Source: Candidatus Thermosaccharophagus tengchongensis (GTDB lineage Bacteria; Armatimonadota; Fervidibacteria; Fervidibacterales; Thermosaccharophagaceae). Taken from it: a DNA stretch of 64,000 bases. The notes under the pieces are model-generated. The model was not told the DNA's origin, searched no databases, and saw only the letters and a list, made by a program, of their open reading frames with translations. Shown here one piece after another: positions 19,785 through 30,900 of this stretch (position 1 is the first letter of the stretch; each line of letters begins with the position of its first letter). The translations under genes and the position numbers were made by a program. The DNA is taken from assembly GCA_032161105.1 (NCBI GenBank), contig JAVHTD010000011.1, one strand, 5' to 3'.

Positions 19785-20936
19785 TCAAGTTATGCTTTGC
19801 TGCCTTTGTAGCAGCTTCCCCTCGGTCTGTATCGCCGGAGCCACAACCATTTTCACCTTTTGCATCTCGCGAATGTTTCTCGCACCGCAGGTAGCCATTG
19901 ACAGCTTAAGCGCCCCAACTAAATTTTGCGTCCCGTCGTCAGTCGTTGCTGGTCCGAGCAATATCGTCTCAAGCGGTGCCCTGCGCATAACCTTTACCCT
20001 CGTCCCGCGCGGCAGCCCGGGATGAGGCGCAGCCATCCCCCAATGGTAACCCCTTCCGGGGGCTTCCTCCGCACTGGCAATCGGTGAACCAATCATGACG
20101 CCATCAGCACCAGCTGCAATAGCCTTCGCTATATCGCCACCTGTGCGCATACCGCCATCGGCTATCACGACAACATACTTTCCGGTGCGCTCAAAGAAAT
20201 CGTCCCTCGCTGCGGCGACATCGGCGATGGCTGTCACCTGAGGGACTCCAACACCTATAACTTGCCTTGTAGTGCAGGCTGCTCCCGGTCCAACGCCGAC
20301 AAGGACTCCATCAGCTCCGACTCTCATAAGCTCAATTGCGGCATCGTATGTCACGCAATTGCCCACAAGCAGCGGCGCATCAATAGCCTCCCTTATAACT
20401 TTCCAATCAAGCGGTTGGCGGCGAGTGGATACGAATCTGACGGTCGTAACCGTTGACTGTATGACGGCAACATCAGCCCCAGCCCGAACAGCTATCGGCA
20501 ACAACCATTCGGCATGCATCGGCGTGCTCGCAACACCAACCCTTGCCCCGGAAGACTTGATAGCCTTCACGCGCTCATAAACCAACTCTTCCTTTATCGG
20601 CTCACGGTAAACTTCCTGGAGCACCTTTACGACATCTTCCTGCGGTGCCTCCACTATGCGCTCAATCGCTTCATCGGGCGATTCATACCTTGTTTGCAAA
20701 CCCTCAAGGTTAAGCACAGCCAAGCCGCCAAGCTGCGACATGAGTATCGCAAGGCGGACATCAACCGCAGCATCCATAGCCGATGCCAATATCGGTATCT
20801 CAAGCTCTATGTTGCCGATGCGCAACTTCACATCCACATCATCCGGGTCAACCGTCTCAGTCCCCGGAACAAGAGCCACATCATCAAACCCATACGCCAT
20901 AAATGCCCTCCTGTTTCTCCCTATGCTCACTTCCAA
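19785..20936 (-). CDS. guaB: IMP dehydrogenase family protein, GuaB3-type (no CBS domains)
   Basis: YGFDDVALVP, ASAMD, GVGPGAACTT, IADGG and HWGMA. SD GGAGGG precedes a TTG at 20936. Confidence 0.9.
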   Translation of the reverse strand: MEVSIGRNRRAFMAYGFDDVALVPGTETVDPDDVDVKLRIGNIELEIPILASAMDAAVDVRLAILMSQLGGLAVLNLEGLQTRYESPDEAIERIVEAPQEDVVKVLQEVYREPIKEELVYERVKAIKSSGARVGVASTPMHAEWLLPIAVRAGADVAVIQSTVTTVRFVSTRRQPLDWKVIREAIDAPLLVGNCVTYDAAIELMRVGADGVLVGVGPGAACTTRQVIGVGVPQVTAIADVAAARDDFFERTGKYVVVIADGGMRTGGDIAKAIAAGADGVMIGSPIASAEEAPGRGYHWGMAAPHPGLPRGTRVKVMRRAPLETILLGPATTDDGTQNLVGALKLSMATCGARNIREMQKVKMVVAPAIQTEGKLLQRQQSIT

Positions 20937-20995
20937 GTTGACCACCCCTCCAAAGTTGCCCACCATGTCATTGCTGCAACTGTGGTCAAAAGCCG

Positions 20996-21670
20996 CTATG
21001 GGATGACCCACTCACAACCATCTTTGAGGATCTCTTTCTTCCATATCGGCACATCCGACTTTATTCGCTCAATTGCCTCCCTGCACGCCTCAATGGCTTC
21101 ATGGCGGTGCTCCGATGATGCAGCTATCACTACAACAACTTCACCAACCATCGCCCTGCCAACCCTGTGAATGATGATGAGGCGCTCCAGACCATATGCT
21201 GAGTGAATTTCATTCGCTATCTCGTTGAGCTTGCGCACCGCCATTGCCTTGTATGCATCATATTCAAGCGCCACAACTTCCTTTCCGTTAGAATGCCCCC
21301 TGACAACACCGATGAACAGTGCCACTGCCCCAACTTGTTCGTCAACGGCTTCCGACAACACACCACCAACATCAATCGGCTCCTCGGTCAATTCACAGCG
21401 CCACTTAGAATTCCCTTTCAATGCATCTTCAGAGCCGCCGCTCACCGGCGGTATGAGCGCCACCTCCGCTTCACCGCTTATGAGTTGGTCATAGTCAACA
21501 TATTCACCATCAACTGCGATGCGACACCGCTTAATCAATGCTGCCAAGCTCGGATATTCAGAGCAAAGCCTCTCCAACAGCTCGCGCGGTGTTGTCGGCG
21601 TGTCCAAATCCAATTCCACAACGCCGGAGGAGAGGGCATCCTTTAGTGGTCCGAAAATAAGGATGCGCAT
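20996..21670 (-). CDS. Fused molybdopterin synthase MoaD-MoaE
   Basis: N-terminal MoaD ends in an internal ALIPPVSGG; C-terminal MoaE has GAVALFIGVVR, LEYDAY, HRVG and VPIWKKE. Confidence 0.93.
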   Translation of the reverse strand: MRILIFGPLKDALSSGVVELDLDTPTTPRELLERLCSEYPSLAALIKRCRIAVDGEYVDYDQLISGEAEVALIPPVSGGSEDALKGNSKWRCELTEEPIDVGGVLSEAVDEQVGAVALFIGVVRGHSNGKEVVALEYDAYKAMAVRKLNEIANEIHSAYGLERLIIIHRVGRAMVGEVVVVIAASSEHRHEAIEACREAIERIKSDVPIWKKEILKDGCEWVIP

Positions 21671-21713
21671 CAACCCTTTCCCCCAGAGGATCCGCATAAA
21701 GGTGTAATCAGCA

Positions 21714-22505
21714 TCAAACCCACCGCAAGAAGTGCGTTAGTAAAATCATTCTGGCGCGCCTGAGCAGCGTGATGGCAAATTGCCCCAGCCGATTCCTCTC
21801 AACATGCTCCTTTGTGAGCAGCTGTCCAAACACCATCGCATTAGCCTCGGCTTCAAGGAACAACCACCAAATTCCACTCCACAGGCTTGATGCCGATAGC
21901 AAGCCCCAGACAAAACCCCACCATTTCAAAATGAACCCGCCGATCATGATTGAGAGCACGACGATGCACCAAAGCATGGTGCTCTGCCACAATGGCGGTT
22001 CAAAGCCGAGAGTCGCATCCGGGTTGAGCGCAACAAAGCGAAAGACCTTGCCATCTTCGCGCTTGAACTCCAACGCATGCATGGATGCAATATTCCCCAA
22101 CCTCGCTATGTCACGCCATGGACGAGCGACCCATCCAACCATCAACCCGACAAGCAATCCCAGAACCGTGCCAACCACATCCCAGTTGAAGAGGCAGTAA
22201 GCAGCAAAAGCAAGCATCACCGCACCAAACAACAGGTTCGCGATTGCCATCCTCACCAACGCCATCATTAATGCAACGGCTATCCCACCACCAATGCCCA
22301 CCACCAACCCAAGAACGATTGCGGCGACAACGCCAATAATGATGAGCAGCGACATGACAATAGCCAACCCGATGCCAAAAAACATCAACACGAAAGCGAT
22401 CAGGATTGGCATGAGGTAGTCCGTGAAAAAAACTTTGATGTCATCACGCCATTCGGTCGTCCCCTGAGCCTTTGCCACATCCGCCACCTCCAGCTTCATG
22501 TTCAT
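21714..22505 (-). CDS. Hypothetical multi-pass membrane protein
   Basis: About 6 hydrophobic Gly/Ile/Leu-rich segments; co-directional between ftsK and moaDE. Confidence 0.7.
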   Translation of the reverse strand: MNMKLEVADVAKAQGTTEWRDDIKVFFTDYLMPILIAFVLMFFGIGLAIVMSLLIIIGVVAAIVLGLVVGIGGGIAVALMMALVRMAIANLLFGAVMLAFAAYCLFNWDVVGTVLGLLVGLMVGWVARPWRDIARLGNIASMHALEFKREDGKVFRFVALNPDATLGFEPPLWQSTMLWCIVVLSIMIGGFILKWWGFVWGLLSASSLWSGIWWLFLEAEANAMVFGQLLTKEHVERNRLGQFAITLLRRARMILLTHFLRWV

Positions 22506-22511
22506 AGCCAC

Positions 22512-22520
22512 ATTATAACA
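22512..22520 (-). promoter_or_regulatory. Extended -10 promoter TGtTATAAT, 6 nt upstream of an ATG (leaderless-type)
   Basis: The minus strand reads gaTGtTATAATgtggctATG, with no SD. Confidence 0.6.
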
Positions 22521-22533
22521 TCACATGGACACT

Positions 22534-24810
22534 TCACCGCTCATCGCGCCCCAAATCATCTTCAAACTCGTCCTCGCCATAGCGCTGCGCTTCATCGTCA
22601 CGCAACTTATCGCCTCGCCCAATATCATCCACGAACGGTATTAACACCCTCCTCGGCTTACTCCCCTCAGGTGGTCCGACGATGCCGGCTCGCTCCATCT
22701 GGTCAATTATCTTTGCCGCCCTCGGATATCCAATCTCAAACTCACGCTGCAGCATTGATGCCGATGCGTAGCCCTTTCTCCTGACAAGCTCAACTGCGGC
22801 ATCAAACAGCGGGTCTCGCCTCTCCGGCTTCTGGATTTGGAGTTCCGCCTCGCCCTCAATATCGTGCAGGTCAAATGGGTATTCCTCCGGCTCACCATAC
22901 TCTTGGATGAGGACATTCACGACCCTGTTAACTTCGCCCTCGCTCACGAAAGCTCCCTGAAGCCTTATCGGCTTGGGCGCATCAATTGGATGATAAAGCA
23001 TATCGCCTCTCCCTATGAGCCTCTCGGCACCGTTCATGTCCAGTATTGTCCTTGAATCAACTTGGGAGGCAACGGCAAAGGCAATGCGTGAGGGTATGTT
23101 CGCCTTTATCACGCCGGTTATGACATTCACTGATGGACGCTGCGTCGCTATCACAAGATGAATTCCAGTAGCCCTGGCAAGCTGAGCTATCCTGCATATC
23201 AGCTTTTCAATCTCGGCTGGCGCTTGCATCATAAGGTCGGCAAGCTCATCAATCACGATGACAATGTGATATAACGGCTCTTCATCCTCATTGAGCTTCG
23301 CATTGTAGCTCTCAATATTGCGCACACCCTTTTCGGCGAAGAGTTCGTATCGCCTCTCCATCTCCCTGACGGCGCTCTGCAGTGCGAGCACCGCGTGCTT
23401 TGCATCAACTACGACTGGATGAACAAGGTGCGGTATTCCATCAAACAGGCTCAGCTCAACCCTCTTTGGGTCAATCAGGAGCAGCTTGACCTCATCAGGG
23501 TCTGCCCTTGAGAGGAGGCTGATTATCATTGAGTTGAGGCAGACGCTCTTTCCCGAATTTGTTGCGCCACCAATAAGGAGGTGCGGCATGCGAGCCAGAT
23601 CGGCGAGCTTCGGATTCCCGGCTATGTCCTTCCCGAGCGCGAATGTGAGCTTTGATTGTGCGTTCTTGAATTCCTCAAGCTCAAGCAGCTCCCTTAAGCG
23701 CACAAGCCCAACACGCTTGTTTGGGACTTCAATCCCAATAACCGACTTCCCGGGAACAGGCGCTTCAACACGCACATCAATTGCAGCCAGAGCAAGCGCT
23801 AAATCATCGGCAAGGTTGACTATCCTGCTCACCCGTATCCCCGGGGCGGGTTGAACTTCATACCTCGTTATGACAGGTCCGCGCTTGACATTCACGACCT
23901 TGGCATCAATCTTAAAGCTGGCAAGTGTCTCCTCAACAAGCCTTATGCCTTCTTCAATGTCCATCTCGGAGTCAGTCTCATCGGATGGCGAGGGCATATC
24001 AAGCTCCGCCACAACTTTCCAGTAGTGATCGGGTAAGAGTTTGAACTGCCTTTGGCGCTTCAACTTAACCTCACCAATCACATGTGGCACATATACGCCC
24101 ACCTCGCGCTCGTCCTCCTTTGAGCGCTCATCTCCATTTCCACCCCCTACACTCTCTTCGGTGCCCGTTGTGGCTGCCTTCGTAGCCGTCTTCGCCGTAG
24201 CGCTCTCCCCCCGCTCCTCAACATCTTTCTGATGCCTTCTCCGCTGCTGTTCAACGCGCTGCTTTTCCCTCTCGCGGCTTGAGGACCTTCTGCGGACGCC
24301 AGCATAAAGTCCAGATAGCCGTTGCTGACATAAGCGCATCATCTCGCTCGGCGAAAGACCGGCGCAAATAAGAAGGGCACTCAACGCAACTATTGAGAGA
24401 ACAATGTAACCGCCAACATCACCAAATGCCCTGCGAAGAATGAAGCTAACGAAAGCACCGATCAATCCACCGTGAGATGTCACCGATGAACTGGCAAACT
24501 CATCGCCAGCCGGGACAAGCAAATGGATGAAGCCAAGAGAGGAAACCAAAAGCAAAGCAAATGAAGTGACAGCGTTGCGCAGAAATGCCCTCCCTTCAGA
24601 AAACATCAACGCTATACAGGCTAAAAGCGAAAACGACAGTATGGCGAAGCTGCCCACGCCAAAGGCGTATCGCAACACCTTGCATGTATACTCAACAGCC
24701 ACACCGCCCGTATAACCGAGCATGCCAACGAGGAGGATCAAACTTATGCCCGCCCCAGCCAGCCCACCAAATTCATATCGCCACTTATTCCCCCTGTCCT
24801 TAGCCCTCAT
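22534..24810 (-). CDS. ftsK: DNA translocase FtsK/SpoIIIE
   Basis: N-terminal TM domain, GATNSGKS, IDPKRVEL, DELADLM, ATQRPS and gamma domain ASASMLQR...GYPRAAKIID. Confidence 0.96.
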   Translation of the reverse strand: MRAKDRGNKWRYEFGGLAGAGISLILLVGMLGYTGGVAVEYTCKVLRYAFGVGSFAILSFSLLACIALMFSEGRAFLRNAVTSFALLLVSSLGFIHLLVPAGDEFASSSVTSHGGLIGAFVSFILRRAFGDVGGYIVLSIVALSALLICAGLSPSEMMRLCQQRLSGLYAGVRRRSSSREREKQRVEQQRRRHQKDVEERGESATAKTATKAATTGTEESVGGGNGDERSKEDEREVGVYVPHVIGEVKLKRQRQFKLLPDHYWKVVAELDMPSPSDETDSEMDIEEGIRLVEETLASFKIDAKVVNVKRGPVITRYEVQPAPGIRVSRIVNLADDLALALAAIDVRVEAPVPGKSVIGIEVPNKRVGLVRLRELLELEEFKNAQSKLTFALGKDIAGNPKLADLARMPHLLIGGATNSGKSVCLNSMIISLLSRADPDEVKLLLIDPKRVELSLFDGIPHLVHPVVVDAKHAVLALQSAVREMERRYELFAEKGVRNIESYNAKLNEDEEPLYHIVIVIDELADLMMQAPAEIEKLICRIAQLARATGIHLVIATQRPSVNVITGVIKANIPSRIAFAVASQVDSRTILDMNGAERLIGRGDMLYHPIDAPKPIRLQGAFVSEGEVNRVVNVLIQEYGEPEEYPFDLHDIEGEAELQIQKPERRDPLFDAAVELVRRKGYASASMLQREFEIGYPRAAKIIDQMERAGIVGPPEGSKPRRVLIPFVDDIGRGDKLRDDEAQRYGEDEFEDDLGRDER

Positions 24811-25014
24811 GTTAGTTCATCCCTCCGTCTGAACAATGCTGCCATGCATGCTGCTTTTGCTCCTTATGCGTTGCAATGAACCCATACCACAACGCTGGAT
24901 TACTTGAATCACGAAGGCATTCACGCACACTGTAACGGGGCTTGCTGTCTCATCCCAAAATTGCTGTGATGGACTGGCATAAGGCACTCCCGTCAAAGAA
25001 AAGCGCATCTTCGC

Positions 25015-25776
25015 TTACCTCGGCACAACACCGCCACTGTCCCAAAGCAATCTCTCAGCGCATGAGAGAAAGTTCCTTGGGAGAGGCGTCGGCGGTATGC
25101 CATGACAGCGCTTTACAAACTCCCCAAGGTAAATTCTCGTGTTCCAATCCACCGCATCACATGTTATCTTCATCGGCGTATCCGGCACAGCTCCCGGTGC
25201 AACGAATGTCATCTCGCCATTACGCAGTATCACAACGCTGTTCCTTGCGGCAACCGAAGCGCTGCCCCTATCACACGACACCAAAGTCCACCCCCAAGGC
25301 ATCTGGGCAACACTCACCCAACCACGCTCCGTCGCCACAAACGCATTCGGCGACTGAATGACAAGCGGTATCCGTTCACCCGGATTCTGCGCAGCGCAAA
25401 CCCACACTCGCCCCGCCAACACGGCAAGCCTATCGGCGCGCATCTCTATGAGCGTGTCATGGGCAATCTTCACCCTCGTTTTGGTGGGCTCCCAGCGAGC
25501 TTCAACTGCGCTCTCCTTGTCAACGCGCACCTGGTAACCCGGCAAGACTGGCATCCTTTCCCTCAGCAATTGCCATGCTGCTGCAGTGCGCTCTCTTATT
25601 TCGGCGCGCCCGATAACTGATGTGATCATGAGCGAGTGCTTAATTGGGGTTGGCTTAATCTCAATCCCAGTTATCTCGCCACAGAAGCCCATCCGAGATA
25701 GAACGGATACAATGCCATAGATTGTCACCGCAATAAGCATTCCCGCTATACTCCCCTTTAAGATGTGCCACCTCAT
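25015..25776 (-). CDS. FecR-domain-containing membrane-anchored protein
   Basis: N-terminal TM, then a FecR-like beta pattern: VIGRAEI...W..L, GRVWV, IQSPNA, VSCDRGSASV and V.L..GE. Confidence 0.65.
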   Translation of the reverse strand: MRWHILKGSIAGMLIAVTIYGIVSVLSRMGFCGEITGIEIKPTPIKHSLMITSVIGRAEIRERTAAAWQLLRERMPVLPGYQVRVDKESAVEARWEPTKTRVKIAHDTLIEMRADRLAVLAGRVWVCAAQNPGERIPLVIQSPNAFVATERGWVSVAQMPWGWTLVSCDRGSASVAARNSVVILRNGEMTFVAPGAVPDTPMKITCDAVDWNTRIYLGEFVKRCHGIPPTPLPRNFLSCAERLLWDSGGVVPR

Positions 25777-25872
25777 CGCTCACCTTTCACCTCCTTGCCT
25801 TTTTCACCTGTCATGATACCGCAACAAAAGCCATTCCGCAACATAATGGCAAACGAAAAAGGGCTTGCTCCA

Positions 25873-27840
25873 TCATGCATTCAGCATTCGCCTTAGCGTT
25901 GCAAGCTCATCAATGGCATGCACCACCCACGCAGATGCCCATGCATGTCCCGGCGCCCAATAACCGGAGCCGTCAATTTTGAAAAGCTCACAATGTATGC
26001 CAGCCGGCGTCGTAAAGGATGAGCCGCTGCGTATGAACTCCTCCGCCCTGCCAAGCCATGCCTTCGCGGATTCAACCTCGTTGCGCTCAATGTGAGCTTT
26101 GGCTATGCGCAGCATCGCCATGCCGACCCAAAGCGTGCTCATGGTGCACACCATCCCACCGGCATACGAATCGCCAACATACCTTGCAATGCCCCTTCGC
26201 CCGCCAACTGATGTTCCAGCACCGCCGACCACCGCTTCAACTGTATTGATCGCGAGCTTTAATTCCCCATCGTCCTTAAGTGAGAGCATCTCAAATGGGG
26301 CGATGGCGCCGAGCACTGACGAATCAACCGCCCCATCAAGGTATCCGTCGGCGCTCACTCCCCTGACAAGGTGACCATTTGAGTCCATCCTTTGCAAGCT
26401 CGTCTCCTTGAGCCTCTCCGCCATCTCAAGCCACTGTAGCGCACGCCTGTTTCTCCCGTGCCTCCTTAGGAGCTCAGCTGCGCTGTAAAGCGCCCTGTAT
26501 ACGGCTGCGTTGGTGTATACGAACGAGCCGCGAAATGTCTCCCACAAATCCATACCGACTATTGGCACCCTACCGCTCGCTATATCTTCGGTGGCACGCT
26601 CATACAACTTTTGAGCACCCTTCAGAGCCATGTTCATGAGCAACCGCTTGAGGCGTTCCCTCTCACCCTCATCATCGGAGAATGAAACCAAACTGCGAAG
26701 GCACTTACAGGCGAGGATGACCATTGAAGCGATTTGATCCCATTGCAGGTTTTCATCACCGGTGCTCCACGCCGGACCAAGATGCCCATTCAACCAGTAT
26801 CTCTGAAGCCACGAGCCATCACCCAACTGGACCTTGGAAGCCCACCTCATGAATTGAGCAACTTGGCTATACCTGCCCTGCTTCAACCACAACTCCATCA
26901 TACAAGCCGCATCCCTGAGCCAGCAAAACCCATAGCCACCTGATGCGATGAAAGCCGGGTCAAACTCAGGCGCTGCAATTGGCGCTCCGCAGGAGCAATC
27001 AAAGAGCATCGGGAGCACAAGTTGCGCACGGATGTATGCAGCTTTCAAGTCTTCATCATCCGTTGGCGGCACGACATCTTTGAGCCATCTCGCCCAATGC
27101 CTCTTCGCCTCCGAGAGCAGCTGCTCATACGGTATGCGCCGAAGCCGCTTCGTCAATGCGATAGCCTCATCTTTGCTTCTTCCAGCTGCCACCGTTAAGT
27201 TCACACTCAAGAATGTCTCACCGACTGGCAATTCCCATGCGAGGGCGAAGTTGACAGAGCCGATCTCAAGCGACTGACATTTGAGAGAGCCATCATAAAT
27301 GTCGTCCTTAGCATTTGACCATGCGCCGACATCCGACTTGCCACATTGAAACTGATGGAGTGGTGTTGCACCAACTGCGATCCATGTATCCCTGTGCCAT
27401 TGCAACATCAGCCTCTCGCTCGGAAAAGCCTGAACGCAATTCTTCCACTTGTGCCCATCAACCCAAAGTTCAAAATACTGGCAGATGACCGTATGCACAT
27501 GCATTAATCCGGCTCGGCGCACCTCAATCTGCCTGACGAGCGCCGGCAATTCGGGCGGGGTGAAATCGGTAAGCATCACCTCAATCCCGATGTGGCGGTT
27601 GAAAAGTCTCGTGCGGAGTATATTCGTCCCGTCAATGTATGACTGATGGCGCTCCCAAGATGGCTCAAATGTCCATGAGTAGCCATGGCCAGATGCATAA
27701 ACGCCAAGCATGCACTCATGTATGTGCTGTGCGTGGTCAATGTTTGGGAAGCAGAAGCTCATAACCTCTCCACTTGCACCTATGGTGCAAAGCACCCTCC
27801 CGTTGCCAACGAGCGCCGTCGGAAGGTAAACTGTGCTCAT
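25873..27840 (-). CDS. Glycoside hydrolase family 15 (glucoamylase-like)
   Basis: ALVGNGR, GAPIAAPEFD, GGYGFCWLRDA, DLWE and DSS. Start refined to MSTVYLP. Confidence 0.88.
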   Translation of the reverse strand: MSTVYLPTALVGNGRVLCTIGASGEVMSFCFPNIDHAQHIHECMLGVYASGHGYSWTFEPSWERHQSYIDGTNILRTRLFNRHIGIEVMLTDFTPPELPALVRQIEVRRAGLMHVHTVICQYFELWVDGHKWKNCVQAFPSERLMLQWHRDTWIAVGATPLHQFQCGKSDVGAWSNAKDDIYDGSLKCQSLEIGSVNFALAWELPVGETFLSVNLTVAAGRSKDEAIALTKRLRRIPYEQLLSEAKRHWARWLKDVVPPTDDEDLKAAYIRAQLVLPMLFDCSCGAPIAAPEFDPAFIASGGYGFCWLRDAACMMELWLKQGRYSQVAQFMRWASKVQLGDGSWLQRYWLNGHLGPAWSTGDENLQWDQIASMVILACKCLRSLVSFSDDEGERERLKRLLMNMALKGAQKLYERATEDIASGRVPIVGMDLWETFRGSFVYTNAAVYRALYSAAELLRRHGRNRRALQWLEMAERLKETSLQRMDSNGHLVRGVSADGYLDGAVDSSVLGAIAPFEMLSLKDDGELKLAINTVEAVVGGAGTSVGGRRGIARYVGDSYAGGMVCTMSTLWVGMAMLRIAKAHIERNEVESAKAWLGRAEEFIRSGSSFTTPAGIHCELFKIDGSGYWAPGHAWASAWVVHAIDELATLRRMLNA

Positions 27841-27957
27841 GTGAGGAACACCTCTCTTGCAGTCCTGTTTCAGTTGAAGCCGGTCAACATCACGGGCTGT
27901 CAAATTCGCTTGAGCACAATTCTTAGCATGACCAAGATGATGCGGAGGTGCAACGGG

Positions 27958-30900
27958 ATGAGATGGCGAATGGTTTGTTCACCCATCGCGCTTGTGGCTG
28001 TTGTGTTGGCAACAGCTGCGCTCCCGAAAGAATCGCTATGTGCCGACAAGGGGAAAGAGCCGGCAATCACGGTGGAACTTAAAGGGGCAACCGTTGGTGA
28101 GGCTTTGGCAATGCTTTCACAGCAAGCCAATGCGAAGGTGACACTGCGTGGCGAGACGACAGCCAAGCTCAACTTGAGCATTCGCGGCAGAAGCTTTACC
28201 GAAGCGCTTGAACTAATCTGCAGGGCGGCGCAGTGCGGCTATTGTCTCATCGGTGACGAATACATCGTCATGCCACTCCCAAAGCCGGACGAGCTCATTA
28301 AGCGTGTTGAAGATGCGTGGGCAAAACTGAAGCGCTTCAAGTGCACCGCCGTTGAGAGGCTTTGGGACGGGATCAATTGGGGCGAGAGGAAGATTGAGCT
28401 CTTTCTCTCATCACCAGACAAAGCGCTTTTGAGAGCCTCATCCACAACAGCAACGGAGGAGATATGGAGCATACAGCGTGGAGTGACCCTGCGCTACTTG
28501 CCTCAGGAGCATCTTGCGGAGCGATGGGATGAAAACAAACTCACGCGCTTGGGAATGATGCTCGGTGGTCCGGGGAATGTGGCTTGCTTTGGGCAGGCAT
28601 GGAAGGCTGCCCTCAATGAATATCAACCCGTATCGGTGAGCCTTATCGCCGTGCGCGGCAAACCGGCATACCTGATGACCCTAAAGTGCATCAAGCCGAG
28701 GACAAGATATGTGCTGTCGCACTGCGATTGCGGTCCATATGGGCTTGGCTTTTACTGCTCGCCATATATGATCACGGTCACGGAACAACCGGCATCAGTT
28801 CAACTCGCCTTTGATGTTGAGGCGCTCTCGCTCCTCCACAGAGCACATGTGAATGAAGATGGAAGGGTGACCGGCGTCGCCACGGCAGACACAACCCAAC
28901 AGATGAAGGATGGCATTCCGCTATACAGGCACTATGAAATCCGGGATGCGGCAAACACGCACATAGGCGACTTCATTTACACATCGTTTGATGAGCTCAC
29001 GGATGATGGAGCGACCGAATTTGAGCTGCCACAGGATGCCGTCATCATGGACGCGGAGTTGCGAAGCGCAAGGGAATACCGAGATGACATAAAGCGAGCC
29101 GACAACGCCAACCTGCGTTTTAACCTCGCCCGATTGCACCTTCTCAAGCTCGGCGACGCCGACGAAGCCATAACGCACATTCAAGCCGCCATTAATAGGA
29201 ATCCACAAGCGCCACAGCTCTGGCTCACCTACGCGAGGGCATGCATGAGTGCGTATAGGTATGACGATGCTGAGAACGCCCTTCGCAAGGCGGTAGAGCT
29301 ATCACCTAAATCCGTTGAAGCGCATTTAATGCTCGCTGGAGTGCTCTCAGCGATGGGCAGATTGAATGAAGCGGTGGATTTGCTCAGGGCTGCGTGTGGC
29401 AATGTTGACAGGAAGAGCGCATCAAAGCTGTTGCAGCAGGAGGCAGCCTGCCTTGAGCTGCTGGGCAAGCTTGGTGAGGCAAGGAAAGTTTATTTGAGCT
29501 TGCTTTCAATGCCGGATGCTGATACGAACGCCGCCATAGCATCAGTTGAGAGATTGCTGTCAATTGCTCGCCATGATGGCGACTTCGCATCCCTCGCCAA
29601 GGAGGCAAAGGAGCTCTCCGCAAGGCAACCATCGCCATTCCTTCATCTGCTGTTAATGCAAGTGGCGCTTGAGTTGGGTGATGCGGATGGCGCAAATGAG
29701 TACCATGCGGCACTTGTGCGAATGCATCCTTACAATCTGCCGCTGAGGCTGAGTGTCGCCAACGCATTTATGATGCACGGAATGCTTAACGAAGCCGAAG
29801 CCGAATACTCCGCTGTAGTGGCGCTTCACCCGCTATCACCACACGCATCCGTAGCGAGGCGTCAACTCAGCGCCATAGCCATAAGGCGTGGTCAGTATGC
29901 TCAAGCGTTTGGATGGCTGCTCGCCGTTGAGAGATGGCTTGATGGATATGCGGACATGCTTGATACGGTCAGGTCATTTGAGGAGACATTCATGCGCCAC
30001 TTCTCCGCTGACGCGCTTCAGGCATACGCCGAAGCATGCATTGAGCGCGGGATGCATCGTGAAATCATATACACGCTCATAACCGACCTGTATCACTTGG
30101 CAGCCGACTATAGTGGCACATTAACATGGGCGAGGAGGGGCACAGCGCGCTACCCGAACAACATATGGCTCAAGAGGGCAGAGGTGCAAGCGCTGCGAGA
30201 CGCAAAGAAGTGGCGTGACTTGGAGATCGTCCTTCGGCGCGAGTGTGAGCGCAACCGCACCCAACCATACTTTCACGCCGAACGCATCTGGCTATACTAT
30301 CGCTGGAGGACTTCATTGAGCCTCCCGAGGGATAGGTCGGAATTTGCCACCGTCCTGCGCAGCGAGAGGAATTCAAGGGAGGAGTTCTTGCAACGGTTCG
30401 GCGATGTGCCGCTATCTCGGCTCGTTTATGGCATCGCATTAGCCAACGATGTCGCCTCGTTCCAATCGCCGCCATTTGATGCCCTGTCAATGTTAGAAGA
30501 CGCCCTCAACTCACGGATGCCCGACGGTGACATAGGGGATGTAATTGTGACACTGCGCAGGGCACTCGCATCATGCTATGGGCGCACGGGAAAGTGGGCA
30601 AGCGCGAGGGCGCAATACAGGGCACTCATGCGCCTGATTAACGACGAGTTTGAGCTTGCTGCATTGGCTCGCGAATGGATGATGGGCGAGGTCTCAAGGA
30701 AGCGATTTAACGAAGCCCTATTGTCCGTGCACGCCACAATGAGCGGGTGCGAACCGATATCGGTTAAAAGGGCACTTTTGACAGCGCTGACCGAGTTAAT
30801 GGTCATCCCACCAGATGTGATGCCGCTTCAAAGGCAACTATTTGAAGCCGATGTGAATGAACGCCTATCAATCATGCAACAATGGCTGAATCAAAACGGC

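Noticed and set aside
19703..21011. Purine riboswitch upstream of guaB/guaA
   Set aside because: The intergenic gaps are short and I see no purine aptamer consensus.
27685..27957. Apparent head-to-head overlap of the GH15 and large TPR genes
   Set aside because: Artefact of longest-ORF calling. SD-supported starts at 27840 and 27958 leave a normal divergent gap.
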